Assembly: GCA_963779615.1 (NCBI GenBank)
Contig: CAVZZA010000001.1
Location: 224,001 to 288,000 of the forward strand
Length of the DNA: 64,000 nucleotides
Origin: an uncultured Nitrososphaeraceae archaeon
Lineage (GTDB): Archaea > Thermoproteota > Nitrososphaeria > Nitrososphaerales > Nitrososphaeraceae
Direction of reading: 5' to 3'
Shown: positions 26,706-37,392 of the stretch, piece after piece
Numbering within the stretch: the first letter of the stretch is position 1
How the letters are laid out: each line of letters begins with the position of its first letter
Program-made: the position numbers and the translations under genes
The notes under the pieces: generated by a model
What the model was told of the DNA's origin: nothing
What the model saw: the letters and a program-made list of their open reading frames with translations, nothing else
The model's database searches: none

Positions 26706-27569
26706 CTACTTTTTACTTTTATTAAGAAATGCAGACATCATTTTTTTCCTATCGTCATGAGCAAAACATAATGCCCAACCGTAAATTTCCAATCTCAATC
26801 CTGTATCTATATCTGTATCGACACCTTTATTGATTAACATTTTACTAATTTTTATTGCATTAAAACTATTTTTAGTGATTTCTTTAGCTAAGGATATAGA
26901 TTGCTCTAAAAGTTTCCTATTAAGGATCTTTGAAAGTGCGATATTTTTCTCCTTATCGTTGTTTTGATCTACAGAAGGATCCAACTGGGACGTATCTTCG
27001 TCTGTTAGTACGACTATCTGGTTGACAAGGCCTATACTTGCAGCTTCATGAGCAGAAATCATTTTACCTGTAAAAATCATTTCTTTAGCTTTTGAAGGAC
27101 CTATTATTCTCAATAATCTCTGGGTTCCTCCCCAGCCTGGAGGAATCCCAATTGTAACTTCAGGCTGGCCTATTTTTGCATTCTCAGAAGCTATTCTTAG
27201 ATCACAAACTAAAGCAAGTTCACATCCACCACCAAGCGCAAAACCATTTATAGCAGCAATTACAGGTTTCTCCATTTTTTCAATCTTATTTAGCATAGAT
27301 TGTGCAGATGAGGCATATTTTTCGGCAGCAACAGGATCAATATCTACCATATATGAAATATCAGCACCCGCACAAAATGAACGCTCACCCGAACCTGTGA
27401 TAATTACAACCTTAATTCCTTGATCTCCAGAGACTAAATCTATTGCTCGTGATAATTCATATATTACATCCAAATTCATTGCATTAAGGGCTTCCGGTCT
27501 ATTTATTTTTAAAATAGCAATATCGCTCTGTAAGTCTATTTGTACATACTTCATAGAAGACATAATCAA
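26706..27569 (-). CDS. Crotonase-family enoyl-CoA hydratase (candidate 3-hydroxypropionyl-CoA dehydratase/crotonyl-CoA hydratase of the HP/HB cycle)
   Basis: NRPEALNA, FCAGADI, ALGGGCEL and QPEV-x-IGIPPGWGGTQRL; the pathway role is inferred from lineage. Confidence 0.88.
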   Translation of the reverse strand: MIMSSMKYVQIDLQSDIAILKINRPEALNAMNLDVIYELSRAIDLVSGDQGIKVVIITGSGERSFCAGADISYMVDIDPVAAEKYASSAQSMLNKIEKMEKPVIAAINGFALGGGCELALVCDLRIASENAKIGQPEVTIGIPPGWGGTQRLLRIIGPSKAKEMIFTGKMISAHEAASIGLVNQIVVLTDEDTSQLDPSVDQNNDKEKNIALSKILNRKLLEQSISLAKEITKNSFNAIKISKMLINKGVDTDIDTGLRLEIYGWALCFAHDDRKKMMSAFLNKSKK

Positions 27570-27608
27570 ATTTCAATCATTCTTTAAATTAAATCTTATT
27601 AAAAAAAG

Positions 27609-28154
27609 TTAATTGGTATGATCTTCAAAAGTATCCTTTTGCAATTTCCACAAAAGCCCGAAAAGATTGGCATAGCTTCCAGGATCAGGTTTATTTGGAT
27701 TGGTACCGTTTTTCCGCATGTCTTCCACAACCTTTTTCAACGTATCAAAAACAAATGTATCCTGGATCATTTTTATAAATAGATCTTTTTCAAAAGGTTT
27801 TTGAAGGATTTCTATGAAACATTTCAATGTTTCTATGTATTCGTTGAAAATTTTTTGAGGCCATGCAGAAGCAAATATTATTCTTTGATCTTTATTCAAA
27901 CTTAGCACTTCTTTTGCAATGTACAAACCATTTTTGGCGTAATCGGATGAATCTTTTTTTGGTTCCAAATCATAATCCAAAATAATTAAATCAAAATTAT
28001 CACGTATTTTTTGATGGTTTTGTACAGACTTGCGATATTCGCAAAGACCATCTTCAACGTTTTTAGCAATAACATAACGATAGTTGTGTTCCTGAAGCCA
28101 GATAGAATATAAGTGACATATATCAGCATCGTCCTCAATAATCAAAATATTCAT
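27609..28154 (-). CDS. Response regulator receiver with short C-terminal extension
   Basis: IIEDD, IILDY (phospho-Asp), NG, FASA and QKPF. Confidence 0.88.
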   Translation of the reverse strand: MNILIIEDDADICHLYSIWLQEHNYRYVIAKNVEDGLCEYRKSVQNHQKIRDNFDLIILDYDLEPKKDSSDYAKNGLYIAKEVLSLNKDQRIIFASAWPQKIFNEYIETLKCFIEILQKPFEKDLFIKMIQDTFVFDTLKKVVEDMRKNGTNPNKPDPGSYANLFGLLWKLQKDTFEDHTN

Positions 28155-28168
28155 CCAACCTACTATAC

Positions 28169-28832
28169 GGCTCTGTTCACTTAAGCCTTTTTAATTCATT
28201 ATTATGATGATTTACAAATAGATTCAGTCAATTGAATATGTGTTTTAAATTGCATCTTTTTTTACGCATGGAAAGTAGTCGTCAAATCTATCGGTTGTAT
28301 CCTTGATATGTTGCATTGTTCTTTCTATCAGACTTTTCTCTAAAGATGAATGGATATGACGCTTTAATTTTAGGAATCTGCATGCTTGGGGACAAAGTTC
28401 CACCGTCTGTTGATACTGCATGTTTTCCATGAGTCTTGACCAAACATGCGATAACCTTTCGGTAACAAACGTGTTTCTCTCCTTGGATATAGTCAGCCCG
28501 AGAATCGCCTTATCTTTTTGGCTCGATTGCAATCCATAACCAGACATATTCTGAACCTACCTTGATTATTGCTTCATCTACAATAAATTCAGCCACCTTC
28601 TTTCTTTTTGACGATATTTTTTGGGGATGATACTTTCGAATCCAATTCCAAACTGAAACAATGGTTTCGCTCAACAAAACATGAAAGCCGCTCAGACGCT
28701 CTTCTTAATGACAGGCCAGAAAAGCACAAATGCAATCCAAAACCAATAAACTGTGAAGGTGTTCTGTTTCTGTTAATCATAAATGAGACAAAGCATCTTC
28801 AAGCTATAACTTTTCTTTAAGTGAACAGAGTC
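28169..28832 (-). mobile_element. IS6-family insertion sequence (664 bp), transposase pseudogene
   Basis: TIR GGCTCTGTTCACTTAA / TTAAGTGAACAGAGTC and 8-bp DR TACTATAC (28161-28168, 28833-28840). Fragments FSGLSLRRAS, ISKERN and QACRFLKLK. Confidence 0.93.
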
Positions 28833-28873
28833 TACTATACAACTAATAAATAATAAATTTTATAGTAAAAATA

Positions 28874-30433
28874 TTAAAGCCTATTTGATAATTCCCTTTT
28901 AATAATTTTTACAATTGAATCTAACAATACAGGCTTATAAAGAAATCTATCATCCAAAATGTCTTTATTAAAGAACTCATCTATTGCATTCTTATTAATT
29001 TTATTGGGCGTCATAAAATAACCTTTGATATCATCATCTCGCTTTTTCAATTCATCATATAGATAAAATCCATCAAACCCTCTAATATCAACCCCTAAAA
29101 AAACCAAAGAATATTTACCTGGAATGAAATATTCCAAGGCATTGTAAGGATCATCGTAATAATCTACTTCATAACCCATATTTTGAATCTTGTTTTGAAT
29201 CAGGTGCAAGTTTTCAGAAAAGTCATCTATGAGTAAAATTTTATTGTTGTCGTGTTTAATTTCTCCTGCTTGAAAAAATGGCTCTTGATGTGATAGCGGG
29301 ATTTGTATAGTAAATTTTAATCCCAAGTCAGGGGATCTATTTTCTACATCAATACTTCCGCCATGAAGCCCAAATAGTTTTTTGGAAATAAATAAACCCA
29401 AACCAGTACCTCCACTTGTTTTTGTAAAAAATTTTGCAAAGAATTGATCATGATCCGTTATTTGTATATCGGGTCCTTCATCTTCAATAGTTATAATAAC
29501 AGAAGAATTATTTTTTTGAGACAAGCTAACCATTATTTCCTGTCCTTTGTTATCTTTTGTAAAATGGTATGAATTATTTAATAGATTATCAAACGCATGT
29601 GAAATTAAAGACTTGTCAGCTTCGATAAATGATCCGGGTTTATCATAAAAAATAAATTTAATATTAGACGTTTCTCTAATTGAGATATCCTGATATTCAG
29701 CAATAATATCAGATAGAACTTCATTGATGTCAAAAAATTCTTTTTTTAATCTTAATGAATTTGATTCGATTCTAGAAACATCTAATATGTCATTTACAAT
29801 ATTTCTTAATTTTTCCCCATTTCTAATAATAATATCAACATATTCTAACATATTGGAATCGGTTATTTTTGTCTTTAAAGTTTTAGAAAATCCTATTATG
29901 GGTAAAATAGGGTTTCGTAATTGATGAGATGCAATATCTACAAAATCTTGCTGGAATATGTTATGTTTCTCCAAGATTTCATTTTTTTCCACCATATTCC
30001 ACATCAGGTCATATGTAAAAGAGAAAAAGGAGATCAATTCATTAAATATAATATCATATAAATTACAGTTATATTTTTTTTTTAATTCATCATAGTTTAT
30101 TTTAAAAAAATATATTATTTTTTTGTTAATTGTGATCGTTATTAAATTTTCTTGTTGTTCTGAAACAGATGAAATGTTTTTAATATAAATATTTTTTATT
30201 GATGAAAAAAAATCAAGAATAGAGTTAAATTGACTACCATCACATACTGCCAAAATGCGAATATGAGGAAGATTTTTTTCAGTTACAGATTTTATCGAAT
30301 TATAAAACGAACGGGTTGTTAAGAATAAAAATGAAGAAAATGAATTTATATATATGTCTATATATTTAGGTTCAGATTTTACAAATAAATTATCAAAATC
30401 ATGAAAATCTACTATATCTACAATCATAGACAT
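28874..30433 (-). CDS. Cytoplasmic hybrid histidine kinase with C-terminal pseudo-receiver
   Basis: ASHQLRNP, NLLNNS and GTGLGL; the receiver has LLIDD...LVFLG, with Gly at the phospho-Asp position. Confidence 0.9.
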   Translation of the reverse strand: MSMIVDIVDFHDFDNLFVKSEPKYIDIYINSFSSFLFLTTRSFYNSIKSVTEKNLPHIRILAVCDGSQFNSILDFFSSIKNIYIKNISSVSEQQENLITITINKKIIYFFKINYDELKKKYNCNLYDIIFNELISFFSFTYDLMWNMVEKNEILEKHNIFQQDFVDIASHQLRNPILPIIGFSKTLKTKITDSNMLEYVDIIIRNGEKLRNIVNDILDVSRIESNSLRLKKEFFDINEVLSDIIAEYQDISIRETSNIKFIFYDKPGSFIEADKSLISHAFDNLLNNSYHFTKDNKGQEIMVSLSQKNNSSVIITIEDEGPDIQITDHDQFFAKFFTKTSGGTGLGLFISKKLFGLHGGSIDVENRSPDLGLKFTIQIPLSHQEPFFQAGEIKHDNNKILLIDDFSENLHLIQNKIQNMGYEVDYYDDPYNALEYFIPGKYSLVFLGVDIRGFDGFYLYDELKKRDDDIKGYFMTPNKINKNAIDEFFNKDILDDRFLYKPVLLDSIVKIIKRELSNRL

Positions 30434-30450
30434 TATTGATATTTGAGAAA

Positions 30451-30858
30451 TTACTTTCTTTTGTATACGTCGTCTAACATTACATCCAAATCATCTTCAA
30501 ATTTCTTCAATATTCTTCTCAAACTTTGTTCCAACTCTTTAACACGCTTTTCAGTTTCTAGTTTAAAGATGTCTCTAGAAATGGAAGAATACACATGAAA
30601 ATGACCTCCTTCTTTTAGAGTTCTGCTTTCTTTCACACATATCCCCAGGCCGGTTAGTTTTTGCAAGGATCTAAACACGGTACTTTTGTCCCTATTCACA
30701 GCTTTTGACAAATCCTCCAAAGTCATTTGTTTATCACTATATTTAATGAGAGTAAGCAACAGATCCATATCTAAAGGAGACAAATCATATATATAGATAA
30801 ATAGGTCTTTTAGAGTTGCGCTCATTCTTGTTATTGCATTTATTGATGATGATGGCAT
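30451..30858 (-). CDS. TrmB-like HTH transcriptional regulator
   Basis: MTLEDLSKAVNRDKSTVFRSLQKL...GG-x-x-HVY wing. Confidence 0.88.
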   Translation of the reverse strand: MPSSSINAITRMSATLKDLFIYIYDLSPLDMDLLLTLIKYSDKQMTLEDLSKAVNRDKSTVFRSLQKLTGLGICVKESRTLKEGGHFHVYSSISRDIFKLETEKRVKELEQSLRRILKKFEDDLDVMLDDVYKRK

Positions 30859-30999
30859 ATAATATCTATATACTACGCTTTCGTGCTATTTAAAATTATC
30901 TACAAAATCTTATATGAAAATCAATAATTGGCAAAAGACAACGTAATTTATGATATCAATTCTTCATTATAACAGTCGATTGTAAGATCAAGCCGATAG

Positions 31000-31646
31000 T
31001 TATATGTTTTAATTTGTACATTTTCTTTTTTTGCATGAAAAATAATCATCAAAGCATTTTTCAGTTCAATATAATTCATCGTATAGTTATCTGAATAATA
31101 CTTTTCTCAAAGTTGCATTGAAGATGGTGATGGTGATCTATTTTCAAGAATTTGCTAGCGTGAAAATACAAACGTTCCACACCACCACCATCCTCCATAG
31201 AAACTGGATGCTTACCGCATATATTTATCAAAGACAAAAGGAAAGATGTGCAATAAACATGTTGATTCAAAAGGAATATCGATTTGAAAGATTTCTTTAT
31301 GGCCAACGCTATAGCAACTCATATCCAGATATACTTTGAATCAATCTTTGAGTTTCGTACCTTTATATGCAAACCATTCACTAATTATTTTTATTTTTTT
31401 CAAGGATATATTTTCTGGTTTTGCACCTCTATATACATTATTCCAGACGCATGGAAAACCGATCCCTTATCCACAACTTTACGTAATGCTGTTGCAATAG
31501 TATTTCTTCTAGACATAAAGTAATAAATATGCGATCCATAAACAATATCTTTTCTTTTTTTAGTTCTTTATTTTGAGTAATTCTATATGTACATGTACGA
31601 TAAACTATTAATTAACAGATATTGATTTTTTTAGTCTAACAGAATC
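31000..31646 (-). mobile_element. Decayed IS6-family element
   Basis: CGKHPVSMEDGG...ASKFLKIDHH...EKSIIQ in ORF 31076..31306; degenerate TIR TTAGTCTAACAGAATC at 31631-31646. Left end approximate. Confidence 0.75.
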
Positions 31647-31731
31647 GACAAAAATAAAAACATATAGAAAAATTGAGATTATTGAGTTTTATTTACAATA
31701 CAACAAGAAAAAATTGTTTAAGTGAATTCAA

Positions 31732-33435
31732 CTATGCTCCAGCCATTCCATTTCGCAATTCAACTCCCCGATGATCTTCAGATTCTTCTGCAGCTGCTTT
31801 GTGCATTTCGGATAAAGCGCACCCCATCTGAGCTTCAGGCTTTCCTTTTCTCATCAAGCCACGGTACAGACCGGCTTCCAAAGTTTGTCCATGTTCTTTT
31901 TCCCAATCTTCAACAGGAATACTATATTTCTTTTGGATTCTGTCTCTGTACCATTCAGGAATCACGTTAAATGCACAAAATGGTACAATACGCAAGTCTG
32001 GAGTGAGATAGTGAATATCGCATCTTTGTAGTCTTTCCAAATCTTCGTTGTATTTATCTTGGAAATGCATCATTCCGAGGAATAATGACCTGACGTGCCA
32101 TGAACCAACTGAATCGAAATTTTGTTTAAGCAAAATACTTGAAAACATCCTACCCAAATCTAAACCATGCGGCTGTTTGGATCTATCTACAAATTGGTTT
32201 AATTTTCTTATCACCTCCAACATGGTCCAATATCTGTTAGATCCGGATTTTATTTCTTCAGTTTTTTCTTCAAAGTATTCTAACAATCCTTTGATGTCAA
32301 CAAAAGAGGTAAGCGGTGTCAATTTTTTAGTCTGGGTGTCTTCAAATACATACGTTCCAGCGCCACATGCAAAATGGATGGACAATTCATATTTTGGTTT
32401 TTTGCTAAATGCTTCTATAACATTAGTTAAAGGCATACATGAAGGAACAGGGAACCAGCCATCGCTTGATATCTCACCATTTGTTTGTTCTTCAATTCTT
32501 TCAATGCAATCAGGAATAGTAATTCTGTACTTTTCTCGCTCTTTTTTGCTCATCCTACCAGTCAATGATACAGGTTGGAAGTTCACAGCATGAACAACAT
32601 CCATGTTCTTTTGTGCAAAGCGTATGATTCCCCCTAATTCATGATCATTGATAGATTTAATAACTGTCGGGACAAAGACAACGGTCATTCCGCATTTTCT
32701 TGCAGATTCTAGAGTGTATGGCACCTCCCAGTGATTTTTAGGATTTGTTCTTGGAGTCACTCCATCAAATGATAAATACAGGTTGCTTACTCCTGCCATC
32801 CTAGTTTGTCTCATGGTTTCGGGGGAAAGGGCTAATTTTATGCCATTGGTATTAAGTTGAACATGATCTACACCTTCCTCTTTCATAATTTTAATCAGTG
32901 CGGGCAAATCATCTCTTAGCATAGGCTCACCACCAGTGATTTGAATGGAATTACCAGCAATTGGTCTCTCTGCCTTTAGTGTTTTCATCATTGCGCGGAC
33001 TTGTTCATGAGAGGGCTCATACAAATAAGCTCCCTCCAAGCCTTTCTTCACATAAAAGAAACAGTACCAGCATGTGAGATCACATCGGTTAGTAACAATT
33101 ATGTTTGCCAATCCGGAGTGAGAAAGGTGATTAGTACATAAGCCACAATTAGTAGGACAAGCACATTTATCCACCATCACATTTGGAGCTTGTGCTCCTT
33201 TTCCATCCATCCAATAAGTGCTAAACTTTTTATACATTTCATAAGAACCAAAGTATAATTCTTCACACTCACCATGGCTAGGGCAGGTCTTTGTCATAAA
33301 GACCTTACCTTCTCTCTCAAACACCTCAGCATCCAGAATCATGTTACAATCTGGGCAAATACTTTGAGTATAGCGTATGGTACGTTTAGAACCAACAGTT
33401 TTACTAGTTAAATTAGAAATATGTATTAGATCCAT
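31732..33435 (-). CDS. tes: Tetraether lipid synthase Tes (GDGT-MAS, radical SAM)
   Basis: N-terminal SICPDC...TCPSHG metal site, CPTNCGLC auxiliary cluster, radical-SAM CDLTCWYC, and C-terminal HFACG / RLQRCDIHY...VPFCAFN. Confidence 0.92.
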   Translation of the reverse strand: MDLIHISNLTSKTVGSKRTIRYTQSICPDCNMILDAEVFEREGKVFMTKTCPSHGECEELYFGSYEMYKKFSTYWMDGKGAQAPNVMVDKCACPTNCGLCTNHLSHSGLANIIVTNRCDLTCWYCFFYVKKGLEGAYLYEPSHEQVRAMMKTLKAERPIAGNSIQITGGEPMLRDDLPALIKIMKEEGVDHVQLNTNGIKLALSPETMRQTRMAGVSNLYLSFDGVTPRTNPKNHWEVPYTLESARKCGMTVVFVPTVIKSINDHELGGIIRFAQKNMDVVHAVNFQPVSLTGRMSKKEREKYRITIPDCIERIEEQTNGEISSDGWFPVPSCMPLTNVIEAFSKKPKYELSIHFACGAGTYVFEDTQTKKLTPLTSFVDIKGLLEYFEEKTEEIKSGSNRYWTMLEVIRKLNQFVDRSKQPHGLDLGRMFSSILLKQNFDSVGSWHVRSLFLGMMHFQDKYNEDLERLQRCDIHYLTPDLRIVPFCAFNVIPEWYRDRIQKKYSIPVEDWEKEHGQTLEAGLYRGLMRKGKPEAQMGCALSEMHKAAAEESEDHRGVELRNGMAGA

Positions 33436-33567
33436 AGTATTCGGTCTTTAGGTTTGTGGTTAATAGGCCTTATAAACTTGATCAGACAATTACTACGGTG
33501 TTTAGGTAGTAAGCAAAGAAAGAAGAGATAGATTTAATATATTTGAATAAATTACTCACATAAAGCA

Positions 33568-34350
33568 ATGGAAATTAGCGACAAGGCAAAAAAATCTATG
33601 GAAAGCCTTGGATTAACGAATTATGAGATCAGAGTGTATACAGCACTATTATTTTCCGGAGCTACTACCGCTGCCGAGATTAGCAAAAAATCCGGTGTCC
33701 CCTATTCAAAGATTTATGATGTATTGAATAATCTGTATGTAAGAGGGTGGACATATTCAGACAATTTAAGACCCCAGAATTTCTTTCCAAAGTCACCATC
33801 TACAGCAGTAGAGGCAGTGATGATAGAAATGGAAAACAGCATAAGAAGCAACAGGAATGTTATAATAAATGAATTAATGCCCATTTACGAAAAAACAGGG
33901 TTGAAAGAAAAACCAGATATATGGGTGGTGAGCGGACTTTACAATATCGCAGCTAAGGTAACAGAAATCATTCGATCTACTAAAGAGGAGCTTTTAATCG
34001 CAATTCCAAAAATCCCAGAAAATGTCATTAAATCCATTCAGCCCCTTCTGAGAGAACTTTTTGAAAAAGGGGTGAAAATTATTATTTTAGCATCAGAGGA
34101 AACTAGTGTGGAAATACTGAAAGCAATGTCAAGAGTTGCAGAAATAAGATTAAAAAACAGCATGTTCGGTGGAGGAGTAATAGGCGATTCAAAACAGGTG
34201 TTGATTTTACTCGGCGAAGGTAAAAATGATAATAATAGCAATTACGATATAATCGCGATATGGGCAGAGCACATAGGGTTAGCGAGTTTCGCAAAAGACT
34301 ATTTTAAGTACTTGTGGGAAGATGGAAAAAGGCTAAAAAGAGTAGATTAA
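33568..34350 (+). CDS. TrmB-family transcriptional regulator with PLD-like effector domain
   Basis: LGLTNYE-x-RVY, EISKKSGVPYSKIYDVL, and FAKDYFKYLW tail. Confidence 0.92.
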   Translation: MEISDKAKKSMESLGLTNYEIRVYTALLFSGATTAAEISKKSGVPYSKIYDVLNNLYVRGWTYSDNLRPQNFFPKSPSTAVEAVMIEMENSIRSNRNVIINELMPIYEKTGLKEKPDIWVVSGLYNIAAKVTEIIRSTKEELLIAIPKIPENVIKSIQPLLRELFEKGVKIIILASEETSVEILKAMSRVAEIRLKNSMFGGGVIGDSKQVLILLGEGKNDNNSNYDIIAIWAEHIGLASFAKDYFKYLWEDGKRLKRVD

Positions 34351-34703
34351 AGTTTATTAATGGAACAGCTTAAAAATGGTCGGACAGACGATGAATTGAA
34401 ATGCCCTGCTGAATAGATGAAGTAGATCTTGAGTAAGGAGTTTGTCCTTCAACTTAATATTTGATGTATTAAATTATAACAAAGTAACAATCACAAAACT
34501 AAGATGTAACTATTTATTTAATAAAATACACATAAAATTATTCTATCATGATCATAGGAAAAAAAATTGGGAAAGTTATAAGAAAAGATTCACCCAACAT
34601 ATTGAGTTTTTTAACAGAATTTGGAATTTTAACAAAGGAAATAGATGATAAATATTTAAAGATAGCAATTTCTAAAAGAATGGTTTGAAAGCTAGAACAA
34701 AAT

Positions 34704-35780
34704 ATGAAGACAAACAGGTTAAAAGATTCAGAAAATAGAATAGCAATTACGCCAGAGGAACCTGATGATCTTTTTAGTTTAAGAAGAATAACAGAAGTCG
34801 GGGATAACATAATTGCAGATACCACCAGAGTCATAAAACAAGATAAAGAATTTGCGAGACCCGATAAAGGAGAAAGAATCAAAGTCAAAATAAATTTAAG
34901 AGTGGAAAAAATAAGTTTTGATGGCACAATAGATAGGTTGAAAATATCTGGAATAATAATCACATCAAATAATGAAAGCATTCCAAGAGGGTTGTTTCAT
35001 TCCATCAGTGTAAAAATCAACGATACAATAATTTTAGAAAAATCACGTTGGAGTGAAGACTATTTAAAGATGATAACAAGTTCAGCATCAGAATTTAAAT
35101 ATATTCTGATTTCAATGGACTCCGGAGAAACATCCATAGCAATCCTAAATGGAACAAATTTAAAAATAACACCCAATATCTATTCTGGAAAAAGCGGAAA
35201 AAGATATAACGCAAACCAGAAGAACGAAACAAACATTAAAAGTTATTTTGACAATGTCAAAAAATCTCTAGATGTATATAAAGAAGAAGAAGGTATAAAA
35301 ATAATAATATTTGGCCCCGGAGAAACAAAGAGAAAATTTCTAAACTATTTAAAGGAAAAAAAAGAAGCTTATGAGAACAAAGATTTTGTATTAATCGAAG
35401 GCATAGAGACATCAGGGGAGGACGGGTTTTTCGTATTTTTGAGATCAGATGCCATGAAAGAGATGTTGACAAATAGCAAAATTGCCAAAGTCTCGACAAT
35501 ATTAGATAACATAATGTACCAAATAAACAAAGGAGAAAAGAAATTCGCTATGGGAATAAATGAGGTGAAAAATGCAAATTCATTAAATGCCATAGATATG
35601 TTAGTCTATTCTGATAAAGTTTTTTTTGAGGTCAATGAAGATGAATTTATAAAAATACTAAACGAAATTGAAAGTAAAAAAAATGTAAAAACTTTTGCAA
35701 CGGATTCATCTACAGATATTGGAATGAGAGTGTCATCGCTCGGTGGAATTATTGCCTTATTGCGCTACCCAATTCACTAA
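34704..35780 (+). CDS. pelA: Pelota/aDom34 ribosome rescue factor
   Basis: PEEPDDLFSL, T-x-RVI, GPGETK and SLGGIIALLRYPI. Confidence 0.93.
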   Translation: MKTNRLKDSENRIAITPEEPDDLFSLRRITEVGDNIIADTTRVIKQDKEFARPDKGERIKVKINLRVEKISFDGTIDRLKISGIIITSNNESIPRGLFHSISVKINDTIILEKSRWSEDYLKMITSSASEFKYILISMDSGETSIAILNGTNLKITPNIYSGKSGKRYNANQKNETNIKSYFDNVKKSLDVYKEEEGIKIIIFGPGETKRKFLNYLKEKKEAYENKDFVLIEGIETSGEDGFFVFLRSDAMKEMLTNSKIAKVSTILDNIMYQINKGEKKFAMGINEVKNANSLNAIDMLVYSDKVFFEVNEDEFIKILNEIESKKNVKTFATDSSTDIGMRVSSLGGIIALLRYPIH

Positions 35781-36133
35781 ACATCACCAGTATCACCTTT
35801 ATGCGTGTTTTTATACATCCAATTAAAATACTCAGACGAAACATCACTCATTTTAATTACCACAATCTCTGGGACATCATAGGGATGATTATTCTTTATT
35901 TCAGTTTTTAATTTCTCGACATGATCGGAAGTAGTTTTGAAAAAAGCAAGATACTCTTTTTCCTGCTGTAAACCAGAGCCCCAAATATATATGGATTTTA
36001 CCATAGTATAATTCACACATGCACAGACCCTTTTTTCCATCACTAGAATGCGAGACAAATCAATTAGTGATTTCTCATCAGAAAACGTAGAAATTAAAAT
36101 TGCACCATTTTGGTCGGATCTTGTATCAACCAC
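35777..36133 (-). CDS. cutA: Divalent-cation tolerance protein CutA
   Basis: ACVN, SIY-x-W, KT and HPYDVPEI. Confidence 0.93.
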   Translation of the reverse strand: MVDTRSDQNGAILISTFSDEKSLIDLSRILVMEKRVCACVNYTMVKSIYIWGSGLQQEKEYLAFFKTTSDHVEKLKTEIKNNHPYDVPEIVVIKMSDVSSEYFNWMYKNTHKGDTGDV

Positions 36134-36395
36134 AGCTTGCTATATTTTTGACTGCCTTTATAACAATATGGAAAATGCAGACAAAATCCACACAATAAAC
36201 ATCACATGATTATCCATATCAGAGTTACGATATTTTCAATTATCATTTATAAACATTATTTAAAATAGGCATTTCGATGACTACAACAATTTTCTCAGTT
36301 TAGTTTTTATGGTTGATCAAAATACTATCAAAAAAAAGATGGCCAAAAAGTCAAATGATTTTTGATTGTCGTGATGATTAAGATATCAAGACAAA

Positions 36396-37334
36396 TCAAA
36401 ATGGATTCTCATGAAGCAATGCAGATAAAAGAGCGGATCGCAACTCTTTGCCATAAGAAGCCTGTTTGAAGTATACAGCATTTTTAGTGTTATCGATAGA
36501 TGGGGATATTTCATCAACTCTTGGTAACGGATGTAAAATTGCAACATCAGGTTTAGACCTTTTTAATATATTTTCATCAATAGTATACAAGCCTTGAATT
36601 TTTTTATATTCTTGTAAATCAGGGAATCGCTCCTTCTGGATCCTAGTGACGTACATAACATCTAATTTTTTCAACAAATCATCAGTCAATTCAGTATGAT
36701 GAAACATCTTTATACTATTTGAAACATCATAAATTGATTCTTCCCTAATATTCAACATTGATGGAGAAACTAGGTGAATATGTACATTGTAATGAGATAA
36801 TGCGTATATTAAAGAATACACAGTTCGTCCGTATTTTAAATCACCAATGATTCCAATAGATAATCCATCAATCCTCTTTTTCTCTTTAAATATTGTGTAG
36901 ATATCCAACATAGCTTGTGTGGGGTGTTCTTCACTGCCACTGCCACCATTTATCACAGGTTTATCTGAAATCTCACTTGCGTACCTGCTAGAACCATCAG
37001 ATGGATGACGTATTAAAACAACATCAGAATACAAAGATATTGTTTTTATCGTATCAGCATAACTTTCACCTTTCATAATAGATGATGAGTCTATGTCTGC
37101 TATACCCAATGACCTGCCACCAATAGACGCCATAGCAGATTCAAAACTTAACCTCGTTCTTGTGCTGTATTCATAAAAAATGTATCCAAGTATTAGGCCT
37201 TTTGCAATCTCACCCCGCTCACTAGATGGCAAGGTTTGTATCTTGTCAGTAAGATCAAAAAGATACGTAAAATCATTGGTGGTAAAATCCCTAATAGAAA
37301 TAATACTTCGATTAAAAAACTTATTAACAGTCAT
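36396..37334 (-). CDS. pyrB: Aspartate carbamoyltransferase catalytic subunit
   Basis: STRTRLSFE, HPTQ, GDLKYGRTV, TRIQKERF and HPLPR. Confidence 0.96.
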   Translation of the reverse strand: MTVNKFFNRSIISIRDFTTNDFTYLFDLTDKIQTLPSSERGEIAKGLILGYIFYEYSTRTRLSFESAMASIGGRSLGIADIDSSSIMKGESYADTIKTISLYSDVVLIRHPSDGSSRYASEISDKPVINGGSGSEEHPTQAMLDIYTIFKEKKRIDGLSIGIIGDLKYGRTVYSLIYALSHYNVHIHLVSPSMLNIREESIYDVSNSIKMFHHTELTDDLLKKLDVMYVTRIQKERFPDLQEYKKIQGLYTIDENILKRSKPDVAILHPLPRVDEISPSIDNTKNAVYFKQASYGKELRSALLSALLHENPF

Positions 37335-37392
37335 ATAACCAGATAATAAAAATATGCTAAAATTTATGCTTTTTTGAATTAATTAAAAAAAA

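Noticed and set aside
34376-34688. Possible small gene upstream of pelota (MIIGKKIGK...RMV*)
   Set aside because: Only ~46 codons with no motif; may be a fragment but cannot be supported.
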